DNA from: an uncultured delta proteobacterium
Lineage (GTDB): Bacteria > Desulfobacterota > Syntrophia > Syntrophales > UBA2185
Length of the DNA stretch: 64,000 nucleotides
NCBI GenBank assembly: GCA_963695875.1
Contig: CAVOID010000010.1
Span: forward strand, 1-64,000
Direction of reading: 5' to 3'
Shown: in pieces, positions 51,703 through 61,854 of the stretch
Position numbering within the stretch: position 1 is the first letter of the stretch
Layout: every line of letters begins with the position of its first letter
The notes under the pieces: model-generated
The model's input: only the letters and a program-made list of their open reading frames with translations
The model's database searches: none
What the model was told of the DNA's origin: nothing
Program-made: the position numbers and the translations under genes

Positions 51703-52100
51703 AAAAACAAGGAGAAAAACAATATTAAAAGGTTCATAAATAATATTAACAAAAAATTAATTTAAAATAACAAATAGCAAATGGAAAGAGCGGATTAATC
51801 TTTGAAATAAAATGGGACAATTTATCATAAAAGTAATAGTATTGTTTCTAAAGCCGGATTAGCAAAATGAGATGGGTCAATATTTGGTTGACGAGAATCA
51901 AAAAATTCCCGATCATGAAAATGCGGATTCCCTGTTCTTACAAGAGACGGTTTTTTTGAGCAAATACAAGCTCGCTCTGCGGCAATAATGGGAATACCAG
52001 TAGCGCTAATTGATCCACTAGGCTTGAGAATGTTCTCTAATATTAGTTTTTTATTAATATTATTTATGAACCTTTTAATATTGTCTTTCTTCTTTTTTTT
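51703..52100. promoter_or_regulatory. 59-bp imperfect inverted repeat pair (51703-51761 and 52042-52100) in a divergent promoter region
   Basis: 31-bp perfect core ACAATATTAAAAGGTTCATAAATAATATTAA; 280-bp spacer. Confidence 0.75.
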
Positions 52101-52406
52101 CATATTATATGAATTACAGAAAAATATATGCGGGTTTGATCGTCTGTTAGTTTATTAACAAATCCTCAATACTCACGATGTTTCTATGAACAGATGTCCC
52201 TTAAATCGTATCGTATCAGGAACGGATCGTCTGCATATTTTCCCATGTGCTCTAAAAAAGATTTACGTGCTTTGAGGTTTACTTCTTCTTCTTCGCCAGA
52301 TTTGTGCAGGGTATTTATGTTGTAGATCCGGATAGTGCTTAAGAGTAGCTGAATTATTTCGGCTGGATGGTATAAAACTAAATTACCTTTTAAGGAGGGA
52401 GGCAAC

Positions 52407-53922
52407 ATGACGACACCTATTCAACAAAAGATTCGTGACAAGAAGAGAACACCCCAGCAGATTTTGGATATGGTCAAACCCGGAAACTGGATCCAGCCAG
52501 GTTCGGTTGGAGGTGATTCAACAGAATGTATGAAGGAGCTGGCAAAGAGGGTCGGTCCAAAATTGAAGGACATTGAAATTTGGAATTATGCTAATTTTTT
52601 TCCTCATCCTGAATTTCAGGCGGCAGACCCCAAGCAGGAATATCACTGCTTCCATGAGTATTTCTTCTTTCCCTGGAACCGCAAGGCAAGAGATACCAAC
52701 AACGTGACGGACTGGGCACATTGGGGATGGGCCATGGGCATGTGGTTCTGCCATTACCGTTTCGTTAATGCCGTAAAGGAAAACCGCGGGCTTGACTGGT
52801 GGTGGAATGCGGCATCGCCCTTCGATGAGCACGGCTTTGCCAACTTCTCTTACGGCACCAACAACGCCAATATCTTCAGCCAGTGCGCAAAGAAGAAAGT
52901 CATTGAAGTTCGTTCAGACTATCCCTGGGCCGAAGGCGGCCGCTTTAACACCATTAATATTGACGATGTCGACTACTGGGTCGAAGTGGACTGCGAGAAA
53001 TACAAGTGGCCCCAGATCAATGAAAAGGCCATCAAGGCAAAACCCGAGGAAGAGGCGATTGCCAAACATGTCATGACCATCATGAGGGACAGAGACATCA
53101 TCCAGCTTGGTATCGGATCACTTCCCTCCGCCTGTGTCGGCGCCATGGCCGATGCGGGATTCAAGGATCTCGGCATCCACACGGAGATGCTCAATGCCGG
53201 TCTCATCAAGCTGATCGAATCGGGTCAGGTGACCAACAAGTACAAGACCCTCCCTGCAGACCGCGGCAAGAGCTGCTATACCTTTGCTTTCCCCGTGGAT
53301 GTAAAGTGGTACTATGACACCATCCACCGGAACCAGGAGCTCGCGGTCTACGATATCAGTTACACCAATAACCTGCATAATCTCACGAGGCTCGACAACA
53401 TGATCGCCATCGATAACTGCGTGGCCGTTGACCTCCTCGGACAGCAGTGCTCCGGTTTCTATGAAAAACGTCCGATTTCGAGCTCCGGCGGTTACTTCCA
53501 TTTTGTGTCCTTCTGCGCCCAGTCGAAGGGCGGACGCGGTGTCGCCTCCATGACGGCGAGGAGCAAGCACGGCACGTCGAGGATCGTTCCCTTCCTGCCT
53601 GAAGGATCATCAGTGGATGTCCCTGCTCAGTTAACGAATTACGTTTGTACAGAGTACGGCATCGTGAACCTGCGCGGGCTCTCCGGTTATGAAAGAGCGA
53701 CAGCGTTGATCTCCATTGCCCATCCCGATGACCGTGAGATGCTGGAAAAGGCGGCCCACGAAAACGGTCTCCTTGCCTCCGAAATTCCCCGTCTCCATGA
53801 TGCCGGTTGAGGGGAAGACCAGGCGATATCCCTCCTATTCAGACAGACGGAACTACAAGATGGGGTTACACGGTGAGATATCAGGATTCGATTGGGATCA
53901 GGGTTATCAGTCAGCTAAATAA
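52407..53922 (+). CDS. Acetyl-CoA hydrolase/transferase family CoA-transferase (frameshift near 53780)
   Basis: QLGIGSLP, LGIHTEM, VCTEYGIVNLRG, ISIAHPD. Confidence 0.88.
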
Positions 53923-53940
53923 GTTGTTTCGCGTTACACC

Positions 53941-53975
53941 ACTCGATAAGCCCGGGTCATCCGGGCTTATCGAGT
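53941..53975. repeat. Perfect 15-bp intergenic hairpin
   Basis: ACTCGATAAGCCCGG-GTCAT-CCGGGCTTATCGAGT. Confidence 0.85.
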
Positions 53976-54062
53976 TAAGTTGCCGAAGGCAGTCAAATAA
54001 AAGTTTTGCGCGGCTTCGACAGCTGGTTGAATAAAACTCAATTTTTCAGGAGGTATTTGTGT

Positions 54063-55253
54063 ATGGCGTTAGATTTCAATTTTACAGATGAACAAAGATG
54101 GTTGGAGGAAAGCGTTTACAAGTGGGCGGTCAACTGGCTGGAGCCGCAGATGGAGCATATGTACGAAGTGGACGAGATGCCTCCGACACTCTTCAAAGAG
54201 CTGGCAAACCTGGGTGTCAACGGGATTGTTTTTGAGGAAAAGTACGGAGGTTCCGCTCTGGGCTATGTCGATACACTCCTCGTGTACGAGACAATCGCAC
54301 GGGTGAGCAATGCCCTGTCCATGACCGTCGGCGCGAGCCAGACCCTCTGTTTCGACAACTTCAGGCGCAATGCCACGGAAGAGCAGAAGATGTATGTCCT
54401 TCCCAAGTCCTGCACAGGTGAGTGGATCGGCTGCCTCGGCATCACTGAGCCCAACGCAGGTTCCGACGCCATGAGCATGGCGACAAAAGCAGAGAAGAAG
54501 GGAAACAAATACATCATCAACGGCAGTAAGATCTTCATCACCAACTCCCCCGTCGCCGATTTCATGACATTCTATGCGAAGACCGATCCGGCCGCGGGTC
54601 CCAAAGGGATTTCCGCCTTCTGCTTTGAGTTCGACAAGGTCAAAGGAGTCACCGTGGAAAAGATCAAGAAATGGGGTATGAGGACATCCCCCACGGGGCT
54701 GGTCACATTCGAAGACGTGGAACTGCCCGCGGAAAATCTCATCGGCGGTCTGAATAAAGGCGTTGCCGTTCTGACGAGCGGTCTCTGCACGGAGAGAATC
54801 ACCCTTTCCGGTTGTACCCTCGGCAGCCAGAGAAGCTGCCTCGAACTCTCCCTGAAGTATGCCAAGGAAAGGGTGCAGTTCGGTAAGCCCATCGCTTCAT
54901 TCCAGGCTATCCAGGAGAAGCTGGCCAATATGTACACAGGCTATCTTGCCTCCAAGTGGATGGCATACAGCGCCGCCGCATATTGTGACACACTGGAGAA
55001 CAAGGTTGGCGGGAAGGGCACGGACCTTGACCGTATGGCCGCTGCCGCACTTCTCTTCTGCGGTGAGATGGGAACAAAGATCGGTCTCGATGCGATCCAG
55101 ATCTTCGGCGGTTACGGCTACTGCACGGAATACCCCGTCACCAGGCATTTCCTGGATCAGAAACTCTGGGAGATCGGCGCCGGTACGTCCGAAATCAGAA
55201 GGATGATCATCGCAAGAGAGTTGATGAGAGACGACTTCAAAAGCGGCAAATAA
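54063..55253 (+). CDS. liuA: Acyl-CoA dehydrogenase, isovaleryl-CoA dehydrogenase type
   Basis: TEPNAGSDA, GSKIFITN; IVD-type signature GLCTERI plus EIGAGTSEIRR. Confidence 0.85.
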   Translation: MALDFNFTDEQRWLEESVYKWAVNWLEPQMEHMYEVDEMPPTLFKELANLGVNGIVFEEKYGGSALGYVDTLLVYETIARVSNALSMTVGASQTLCFDNFRRNATEEQKMYVLPKSCTGEWIGCLGITEPNAGSDAMSMATKAEKKGNKYIINGSKIFITNSPVADFMTFYAKTDPAAGPKGISAFCFEFDKVKGVTVEKIKKWGMRTSPTGLVTFEDVELPAENLIGGLNKGVAVLTSGLCTERITLSGCTLGSQRSCLELSLKYAKERVQFGKPIASFQAIQEKLANMYTGYLASKWMAYSAAAYCDTLENKVGGKGTDLDRMAAAALLFCGEMGTKIGLDAIQIFGGYGYCTEYPVTRHFLDQKLWEIGAGTSEIRRMIIARELMRDDFKSGK

Positions 55254-55294
55254 TGTAAAAGCAAGCTATTATTCCTAATCAAGTGTCTCATGAT

Positions 55295-55333
55295 AAAAGA
55301 GGGCGCTGCTCTTATGGCAGCGCCCTCTTTTTA
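55295..55333. terminator. Bidirectional intrinsic terminator
   Basis: AAAAGAGGGCGCTGC..GCAGCGCCCTCTTTTT between convergent genes. Confidence 0.9.
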
Positions 55334-55369
55334 TTAATTAACAACTGTCAGGTTCAACAATCCTTCCTG

Positions 55370-56788
55370 TCACTTCAAGGGAGGCACGAAAGGTATATAC
55401 TGGGCGAACAACCAGCAGAGGAAGAAGACGAGCGGTATGTGAATAAACATCTGGAGCACTGAATAGCCGACAAGGTCCCGGGCCTTCATATGGAGCAGCC
55501 CAAGAAGCGGCAGCATCCAGAAGGGGTTCAGGAGGTTCGGCAGGGCCTCGGCTGCATTGTAGATCACCACCACCCATCCAAGGTTCACTTGATGCTGAAT
55601 TGCCGCCTGCAGGACATAAGGCGCCTCGATGACCCACTTGCTTCCGCCTGAGGGAATAAAAACACCCAGGATGGCCGAATAAGCGGCCACCAGAAGCGGG
55701 TAGGTTCCCTGGGTCGTGATGCTGTAAAAGAGGTCGGCCAACCACTTGTTGATCCCCGTACCGACGATCATTCCGAAGATTACGGCGTAGAAGGGGAACT
55801 GGATCAGAACGCCGCCCGTTGCGGGAACCGCCTGGGCCACGGCCTTGAGGAACCGTTTCGGCCGCCAGTGCAGGAGCATACCGACGGTGATGAAAATCAG
55901 GTTGTAGTTATTGAGGTCCAGAGCCGCGATGGGCCCCCTGGGATCCTTGCCAAAGAGGTCTATCAGGTACCAACAAAGAAGACCTGCCACGAGGATGATC
56001 ATCAGAGGGCTGTATTCAAGCCACTCTCCCGGTTTCTGCCGCGGCTCGATGCTCGTATCGATCTGGTCAAATTTCAGGTTGAAGTATTCCACTGTCTTGG
56101 CGCGCTCGGGTTTCGGAGCCGAGAAGTAGGCAATGGGTACGGAAACCGCAATGAGGGCGACTATCATCCAGAAATTCCCCCAGATGAAAAGCGTCTGAGT
56201 CAGGGGGATCAGACCGCTGATCTCAAAGAGTTTAGGCGGAATTGCCCCCTTTGTGGCCATCATGAGGGGCGCCGATGAGGAAAGACCGAGGGCCCAGATG
56301 GCGCCCAACCCGAGGTAGGCTGCGGCCCCCGCGGCCCGGTAGTCCATTCCCTTAACCCTTCTCGTCAATTCGCGGACCAAAAGGCCGCTGAAGATGAGGC
56401 TTAACCCCCAGGAGATCAGGGAGGTCAGCAGAGACAAGAGGGCAACAAAGGCGATGGCTCCCCTTCCCGTCTTGGGGATTCCGGCCACCTTCTGGATCAG
56501 CCAGTAAACGGCGGGAGTAGAGGCAAGCACATATCCGCCGATGATAATGAACGCCATCTGCATGGTAAAGGGTATCAGGACCCAGAATGCCTTGCCGCCC
56601 TCGGTCGCGAGCTTGACCGGGCTTTCACCGATGAGAAGACCAAAGACATAAACGATAACAATACCCACAAGGGCAAATACCCACGCGTCGGGAAACCATT
56701 TTTCACTCCATGCCGCAAGCCCCAGGCCGAAGCGCTCAAGAAGCCCTTCTTGCAGCTTACCAGCGTCCACATTTTTATTTTCCGCCAT
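55370..56788 (-). CDS. atoE: Short-chain fatty acid transporter, AtoE family
   Basis: FTMQM, GLSSSAPL, QFPFYA, FIPSGG, NPFWMLP. Confidence 0.88.
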   Translation of the reverse strand: MAENKNVDAGKLQEGLLERFGLGLAAWSEKWFPDAWVFALVGIVIVYVFGLLIGESPVKLATEGGKAFWVLIPFTMQMAFIIIGGYVLASTPAVYWLIQKVAGIPKTGRGAIAFVALLSLLTSLISWGLSLIFSGLLVRELTRRVKGMDYRAAGAAAYLGLGAIWALGLSSSAPLMMATKGAIPPKLFEISGLIPLTQTLFIWGNFWMIVALIAVSVPIAYFSAPKPERAKTVEYFNLKFDQIDTSIEPRQKPGEWLEYSPLMIILVAGLLCWYLIDLFGKDPRGPIAALDLNNYNLIFITVGMLLHWRPKRFLKAVAQAVPATGGVLIQFPFYAVIFGMIVGTGINKWLADLFYSITTQGTYPLLVAAYSAILGVFIPSGGSKWVIEAPYVLQAAIQHQVNLGWVVVIYNAAEALPNLLNPFWMLPLLGLLHMKARDLVGYSVLQMFIHIPLVFFLCWLFAQYIPFVPPLK

Positions 56789-56942
56789 TTTTCATTCTCC
56801 TTTCATAAGATATACTTTAAAAAATTGTCCGATAGAAAAACCTATTACGTAAAATACCTGAGCAATAAAACATAAAATGACAAGACAGAAGATAACGAAA
56901 TATTACGGCATCACCTTTTTTTATAAGTTTCTGATAACTTGT

Positions 56943-57052
56943 AAAAAAATAAAAAAACCCCGTCCTCATTTGAATAACGGGGTCTCCACAGACAATCCAC
57001 TCATAGTTCTTTCCTCATGGCGCCGATAGAGCCTTCATTTCGGTAAGCACTA
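56943..57052 (-). promoter_or_regulatory. 5' leader with intrinsic terminator upstream of atoE
   Basis: Minus strand GCCATG..AGACCCCGTT..GACGGGGTTTTTTT, about 160 bp before the ATG. Confidence 0.5.
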
Positions 57053-57150
57053 TTACGATATATCAGTCACATAACAAAATAAATATTTAACTTCAACAGT
57101 TTTTGTAATTTTATGAATTTTACTTATATATTTCAACATTTTGCTTCAAT

Positions 57151-57489
57151 TTATAGAAAGGCCGTCTTCTCCGGTGGCCGCCTCTCAGGTACATATACGT
57201 GTGGAATTTTATCCTCGTTCCATTCCTTCGAAACATAAAGATTGCAATAGCAGCTTCCGTATTCTTTCACATCGGGAGTCCTGTAGATGCAGGGACAGAT
57301 AATGTCTTTATCCTTTTCTCGATTCCCCGATGCCAGGCGGCACGGACATGACATGTAACCATAACGCTCCTTGTTCGTCAGGAGACCCCTTAGAATATCC
57401 AGCACCCACGCCTCGTCCCTACTGAAAAAATAGCCCTTGGGCTCCTGCAGTTTCTTTAGCATCTCATAAAGCTTTTCGACTTCCGTCAT
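57151..57489 (-). CDS. Ferredoxin:thioredoxin reductase catalytic-subunit family protein
   Basis: CPC..CPC..CYC motifs. Confidence 0.9.
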   Translation of the reverse strand: MTEVEKLYEMLKKLQEPKGYFFSRDEAWVLDILRGLLTNKERYGYMSCPCRLASGNREKDKDIICPCIYRTPDVKEYGSCYCNLYVSKEWNEDKIPHVYVPERRPPEKTAFL

Positions 57490-57737
57490 ATCCCGAGTGC
57501 CTTCTTGATTTTGTTTTCTTCAAACCCCACTATTACTTTGTCACCGATGATAATCGTGGGAAATGTGCAGTCCGGATTCAATCTTCTGATGTCTTCCATA
57601 ATCAGCTTCTTCTCTTCAGCCGAGAGCAAATCCACATCCGTGAATTCATACTGTACACGACACTCGTCGAGAAATCTCTTGGTTGATTTACAGTGACTGC
57701 ATGTACTTAACGTGTATATCTTAACTGGTGGCTGCAT
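57486..57737 (-). CDS. Glutaredoxin-like protein
   Basis: CSHC, TFPTIIIG..VGF; ATGA-coupled to the FTR gene. Confidence 0.9.
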   Translation of the reverse strand: MQPPVKIYTLSTCSHCKSTKRFLDECRVQYEFTDVDLLSAEEKKLIMEDIRRLNPDCTFPTIIIGDKVIVGFEENKIKKALGI

Positions 57738-57876
57738 ACGTGAGCTCCTTTCTCTTACTCCGGTTATTTAACGTCGTAAGATTAAACCGGCATATATTAT
57801 TTATCAAGCCCTTTTATTCTTCCGAAGTTAGTTGGCAAAAGATAGGGCCAGGGAGACATTTGTCTCTATTTACACC

Positions 57877-59931
57877 CTATCCATAGAAAATATCCAACTC
57901 CTCGGCGGAGGGGATAGCATCAATTTTGAGTTTTATAAGAATGTCTCCGGTCTCGACAGTCTGACCTGGAGCAACATGGATATTTTCTATCACCCCGTCA
58001 CTAGGAGACGCGACAAAGGTCTCCATCTTCATGGATTCTATGCTCACGAGATCTTGTCCTCGGAAGATACGTTCCCCTTTTTTTACCGGGATGGAAACAA
58101 CTATTCCCGGCATGGGACAGCGAACGACATCCTCAGTAGGCACTGCTTTCGGCTTCGGCATGTGATAAAAAAGTTTCCATTCCAGGGGACTGTAGATTCC
58201 CAGAACACGAGTAACACCACGGTGGGCTACCCATATGTTATTTTCCCTGTACTTAGTATGGAAGAATTGCGTCTTCCCATCAATCCTGAGTTTGATTCTA
58301 CGCCGGTAAAATTCGAATTCGGGGGTAACGACCTGATACTTACGTCCATCTACCATTACAGTCCAGCTGCGAGGAGCCGGATTCTTAACAAGACGCAATT
58401 CAAAAAAAGCATCTTCTCCTTTTACTGTATAGGTAAATTGGTTTTTTGACTGGTGCGGGCCACCCACTTTAGCCATCATAGGCTTAAGTGATTCATGAAC
58501 CAGAGATTGTCGGTTGTGATAAATAAGGGTTACGGCTATCGCCATATATTGCAGCCACTCTTCCGGAGGCGGCAGCTTCATCTGGCCGTGCTCAAAGTGC
58601 TCATCGATGAAATCCGTCGACAGCTCCCCTTTTATGAACGACGGGTGATTGAGTACGGCATTCACAAAATCCACATTGGTGATCAACCCCTCGATGTGAT
58701 ATGCGTTCAGCGCCTGGACGAGGGATTCAATCGCCTCTCTCCTCGTTGCACCCCAGGCGATTACCTTGGCCAGCAATGAATCGTAATACGTGCTGATAAA
58801 ACTTCCGGCCTCAATACTGCTGTCAATCCGTACGTTCTTTATTCGAGCGGTTGCGTAACGGGTAATCATACCCGTTACAGGCAGAAAGTTCCGGGCGGGA
58901 TCCTCCGCGCATATTCGCGCTTCTATTGCCCATCCGTTGCTGATGACATCCTTCTGCCGGATGGGAAGTTTTTCTCCCGCAGCGATGCGAAGCTGTAATT
59001 CCACAAGATCGAGACCTGTGACCATCTCCGTCACAGGGTGCTCTACCTGAAGTCTTGTATTCATTTCCAGGAAGTAGACGCTCCCGTCCGAATCGTCCAG
59101 AATAAACTCAACGGTACCGGCGTTCGTATAACCTGCCTTCTTGGCAAGCTTGCATGACATCTCCCCCATGCGCTGTCGCAGGCTGTCATCAACAGCCATC
59201 GAAGGTGTCTCCTCTATGATCTTCTGATACCTCCGCTGAATGGAACACTCCCTTTCCCCCAGGTGAACCACATTGCCGTATTGATCAGCGAGGATCTGTA
59301 TTTCAATATGGCGGATCCTTGGGATGTAGCGCTCCATAAAGAATTCGTCACTTCCAAAGGCCTTTCTGGACTCATTCTGGCAGGACTCGACGGCTGAGCG
59401 CAAATCCGCTTTGTTCGACACCACCCGTATCCCTCTTCCTCCTCCGGCGCGTGCAGGCCGTATCATCAGAGGATATCCGATCTTCCCCCCAATGCTGACA
59501 GCTTCCGCAAATGAGGATATACGTTCCTTGTGTCCCGGCTTTACGGGTATGCCCAGCTTTTCGGCAAAGGCCTTAGCGGCTAATTTGTCGCCAAGCGTAG
59601 CGATAACAGAGGCGGGCGGGCCGATAAACGTCAGTCCCGATTTGGCGACCATGTCGGCAAATTCCGGATTTTCAGAGAGAAAACCGTAACCGGGATGGAT
59701 TGCCTGGCATCCGTGGGAATGGGCAGCTTCTATGATTTTTTCCTTGGCCAGATATGATTCTTCAGGACTGGATCCCCCTAAAAAAGCACTCTCATCCGCT
59801 TCTCTGACGTGTAGAGAACGGGAACCCACTTGTGAATATACCGATACGGTCCTGATTCCCATGCGTTTGCACGTTTTGATGATGCGGACTGCTATTTCGC
59901 CCCGATTCGCAACCAATATCTTCTTGAACAT
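57877..59931 (-). CDS. pccA: Biotin carboxylase/biotin carrier fusion (acyl-CoA carboxylase alpha subunit, PccA-like)
   Basis: ANRGEIA, HPGYGFLSEN, ERECSIQRR, EMNTRLQVEH, SMKME biotin site. Confidence 0.85.
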   Translation of the reverse strand: MFKKILVANRGEIAVRIIKTCKRMGIRTVSVYSQVGSRSLHVREADESAFLGGSSPEESYLAKEKIIEAAHSHGCQAIHPGYGFLSENPEFADMVAKSGLTFIGPPASVIATLGDKLAAKAFAEKLGIPVKPGHKERISSFAEAVSIGGKIGYPLMIRPARAGGGRGIRVVSNKADLRSAVESCQNESRKAFGSDEFFMERYIPRIRHIEIQILADQYGNVVHLGERECSIQRRYQKIIEETPSMAVDDSLRQRMGEMSCKLAKKAGYTNAGTVEFILDDSDGSVYFLEMNTRLQVEHPVTEMVTGLDLVELQLRIAAGEKLPIRQKDVISNGWAIEARICAEDPARNFLPVTGMITRYATARIKNVRIDSSIEAGSFISTYYDSLLAKVIAWGATRREAIESLVQALNAYHIEGLITNVDFVNAVLNHPSFIKGELSTDFIDEHFEHGQMKLPPPEEWLQYMAIAVTLIYHNRQSLVHESLKPMMAKVGGPHQSKNQFTYTVKGEDAFFELRLVKNPAPRSWTVMVDGRKYQVVTPEFEFYRRRIKLRIDGKTQFFHTKYRENNIWVAHRGVTRVLGIYSPLEWKLFYHMPKPKAVPTEDVVRCPMPGIVVSIPVKKGERIFRGQDLVSIESMKMETFVASPSDGVIENIHVAPGQTVETGDILIKLKIDAIPSAEELDIFYG

Positions 59932-59940
59932 CCTACCTCC

Positions 59941-61563
59941 TTAAAGAGGAATATTCCCATGCAACCGTTCCGGTTTTTCTCTTTTTTTCCCTTCCATAAA
60001 CTGGAGACTCCTTATGATCCGGTGCCGCGTATCCCTGGGGAAAATAACATCATCGATATACCCCCTCTGGGCAGACAGGAAAGGATTCGTATACGTCTTC
60101 CGGTATTCTTCCGTCCGCAACGATAGTACTGCTTCCGGATCCAGCGCTGATGTGATCTCCTTACGGTATATCACTTCTGCCGCTCCTTTCGGGCCCATCA
60201 CGGCAATCTCCGCCGTCGGCCAGGCATAATTAATGTCGCTGCCGATGTGTTTGGAGTTCATGACAACATATGCCCCACCATAGGCCTTGCGAACGATGAC
60301 AGTGATACGCGGGACGGTAGCCTCTATAAAGGCGTAAAGCAGTTTGGCGCCGTGGCGGATTATCCCCCCCTGCTCCTGTTCCGGTCCCGGCATAAAACCG
60401 GGCACGTCCACAAGGCATATGAGAGGGATGTTGAAGGCGTCACAAAACCGGACAAACCGTGCCGCTTTGATTGATGCGTTGTTATCCAGCACCCCCGCCA
60501 GGACGGCAGGCTGATTTGCCACTATTCCTATCGTCTGTCCTCCCAAGCGCCCGAATCCGCAAATTATGTTTCTTGCGAAATTAGGATGAACTTCCAAAAA
60601 CTCGGCCCCGTCAAGAATACTGTTAATCAGCACTTTCATGTCATAACTCTGATTCGGATTCTCAGGCACAAGATAATCCAGCGCCGGGTCGGTGCGGCCT
60701 GCCGGATCGCTGAGGTCCAGTATCGGCGCCCTCTGTTTATTGTTGGAAGGAAGGTAGTTGATCAATCGCCTCACTTCCCGCAGGCAAAGGATATCGTTGG
60801 GCAGCACAAAATGAGCCACCCCGCTCTTTTCCGCGTGAACCCTTGCACCGCCGAGATCCTCATGAGAAATAGCTGTATGTGTGACCGTTTCCACGACGTT
60901 CGGACCTGTCACGTACATGTATGACGTATCTTCGACCATGAAGATAAAATCGGTGAGGGCCGGGCTGTAAGCAGCACCTCCCGCGCAGGGCCCCATAATG
61001 CAGGAAATTTGTGGAATAATCCCGCTTGCCAGGGCGTTTCTTTTAAAAATATCCCCGTAGGAAGCGAGCGCGTCCACCCCTTCCTGTATCCGCGCGCCTC
61101 CTGAGTCATTGAGCCCTATGATAGGAGCCCCGACTCTCACGGCATGATCCATCACCTTGCTGATCTTCTGGGAGTGGGCTTCACCCAGCGACCCGCCGCG
61201 CACCGTGAAGTCCTGACTGAATATGAACACTTCCCGGCCGTCAACCGTACCGTGTCCCGTCACGACACCGTCTCCCGGATAAGTCTTTTCCCTTCCGAAG
61301 GCACCGCCCCTGCCTGTTTTCAGCAGATCGAACTCCTCAAAGGAGTCCTCATCCAGCAGCAGCTCTATGCGTTCCCGCGCAGTAAGCTTCCCCCTGCGGT
61401 GCTGCTCCTCGATCAGATCAACGCCTCCACCTTTCAACGTCTCATTTCGCATCTCTTTCAGAGCATTCAAAGTACGCTGGGTGGTCTGTACCGTTGCGTA
61501 TTGTACCTTGGATGGTTTCGACTTTTTCTTAAGGGTATTTTTTTGAGACTGTCGTCCTTTCAT
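59941..61563 (-). CDS. pccB: Acyl-CoA carboxylase beta subunit, PccB-like
   Basis: GKLTARER, QDFTVRGGS, DSGGARIQEG, RKAYGGAY, HGNIPL. Confidence 0.88.
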   Translation of the reverse strand: MKGRQSQKNTLKKKSKPSKVQYATVQTTQRTLNALKEMRNETLKGGGVDLIEEQHRRGKLTARERIELLLDEDSFEEFDLLKTGRGGAFGREKTYPGDGVVTGHGTVDGREVFIFSQDFTVRGGSLGEAHSQKISKVMDHAVRVGAPIIGLNDSGGARIQEGVDALASYGDIFKRNALASGIIPQISCIMGPCAGGAAYSPALTDFIFMVEDTSYMYVTGPNVVETVTHTAISHEDLGGARVHAEKSGVAHFVLPNDILCLREVRRLINYLPSNNKQRAPILDLSDPAGRTDPALDYLVPENPNQSYDMKVLINSILDGAEFLEVHPNFARNIICGFGRLGGQTIGIVANQPAVLAGVLDNNASIKAARFVRFCDAFNIPLICLVDVPGFMPGPEQEQGGIIRHGAKLLYAFIEATVPRITVIVRKAYGGAYVVMNSKHIGSDINYAWPTAEIAVMGPKGAAEVIYRKEITSALDPEAVLSLRTEEYRKTYTNPFLSAQRGYIDDVIFPRDTRHRIIRSLQFMEGKKREKPERLHGNIPL

Positions 61564-61671
61564 GATGACTACTCCCATTTATATTTTCATTATCTCAAGG
61601 GTTTTTATTTCTGTTAAACAGAACTTTCACAATATAATCAAGAGGGGATTGTTTTCTTCATCATTTTCTCC

Positions 61672-61782
61672 TTCAAGCGCAAAACCCCGCTCTCATCACG
61701 AGAAAACGGGGCTTCGTTAGTCGGCGCATGGCATCCCTCAGTCAAGATTGAAGGTTTTGCGTATCTTAGTTGATGACATTAT
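61672..61782 (-). promoter_or_regulatory. Structured 5' leader with intrinsic terminator (second copy of the candidate RNA motif)
   Basis: Minus strand ATGTCATC/GATGCCAT stem, CCTTCA/TGAGGG hairpin, GCCCCGTTTTCTC..GAGAGCGGGGTTTT. Confidence 0.55.
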
Positions 61783-61854
61783 GCGGACATTTAATACCAC
61801 GATTCGCATCATAAATCCATACCTGTATTTCACGGACGGCATCCATTTTTTCTG

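Noticed and set aside
51825..52103. 92-aa ORF in the divergent promoter region
   Set aside because: It starts inside the AT-rich inverted-repeat arm and has low-complexity translation; probably spurious.
59420..59480. Inactive biotin carboxylase (IRPARAGGGRG instead of IKAxxGGGGRG)
   Set aside because: Lys-to-Arg is conservative and the other catalytic motifs are intact; insufficient evidence of lost function.
61725..61782. c-di-GMP-I/GEMM riboswitch
   Set aside because: ACTAA, ACGCAAAACC and GGGATGCC are reminiscent, but the P2 stem with its GNRA tetraloop is absent; kept only as an unclassified motif.
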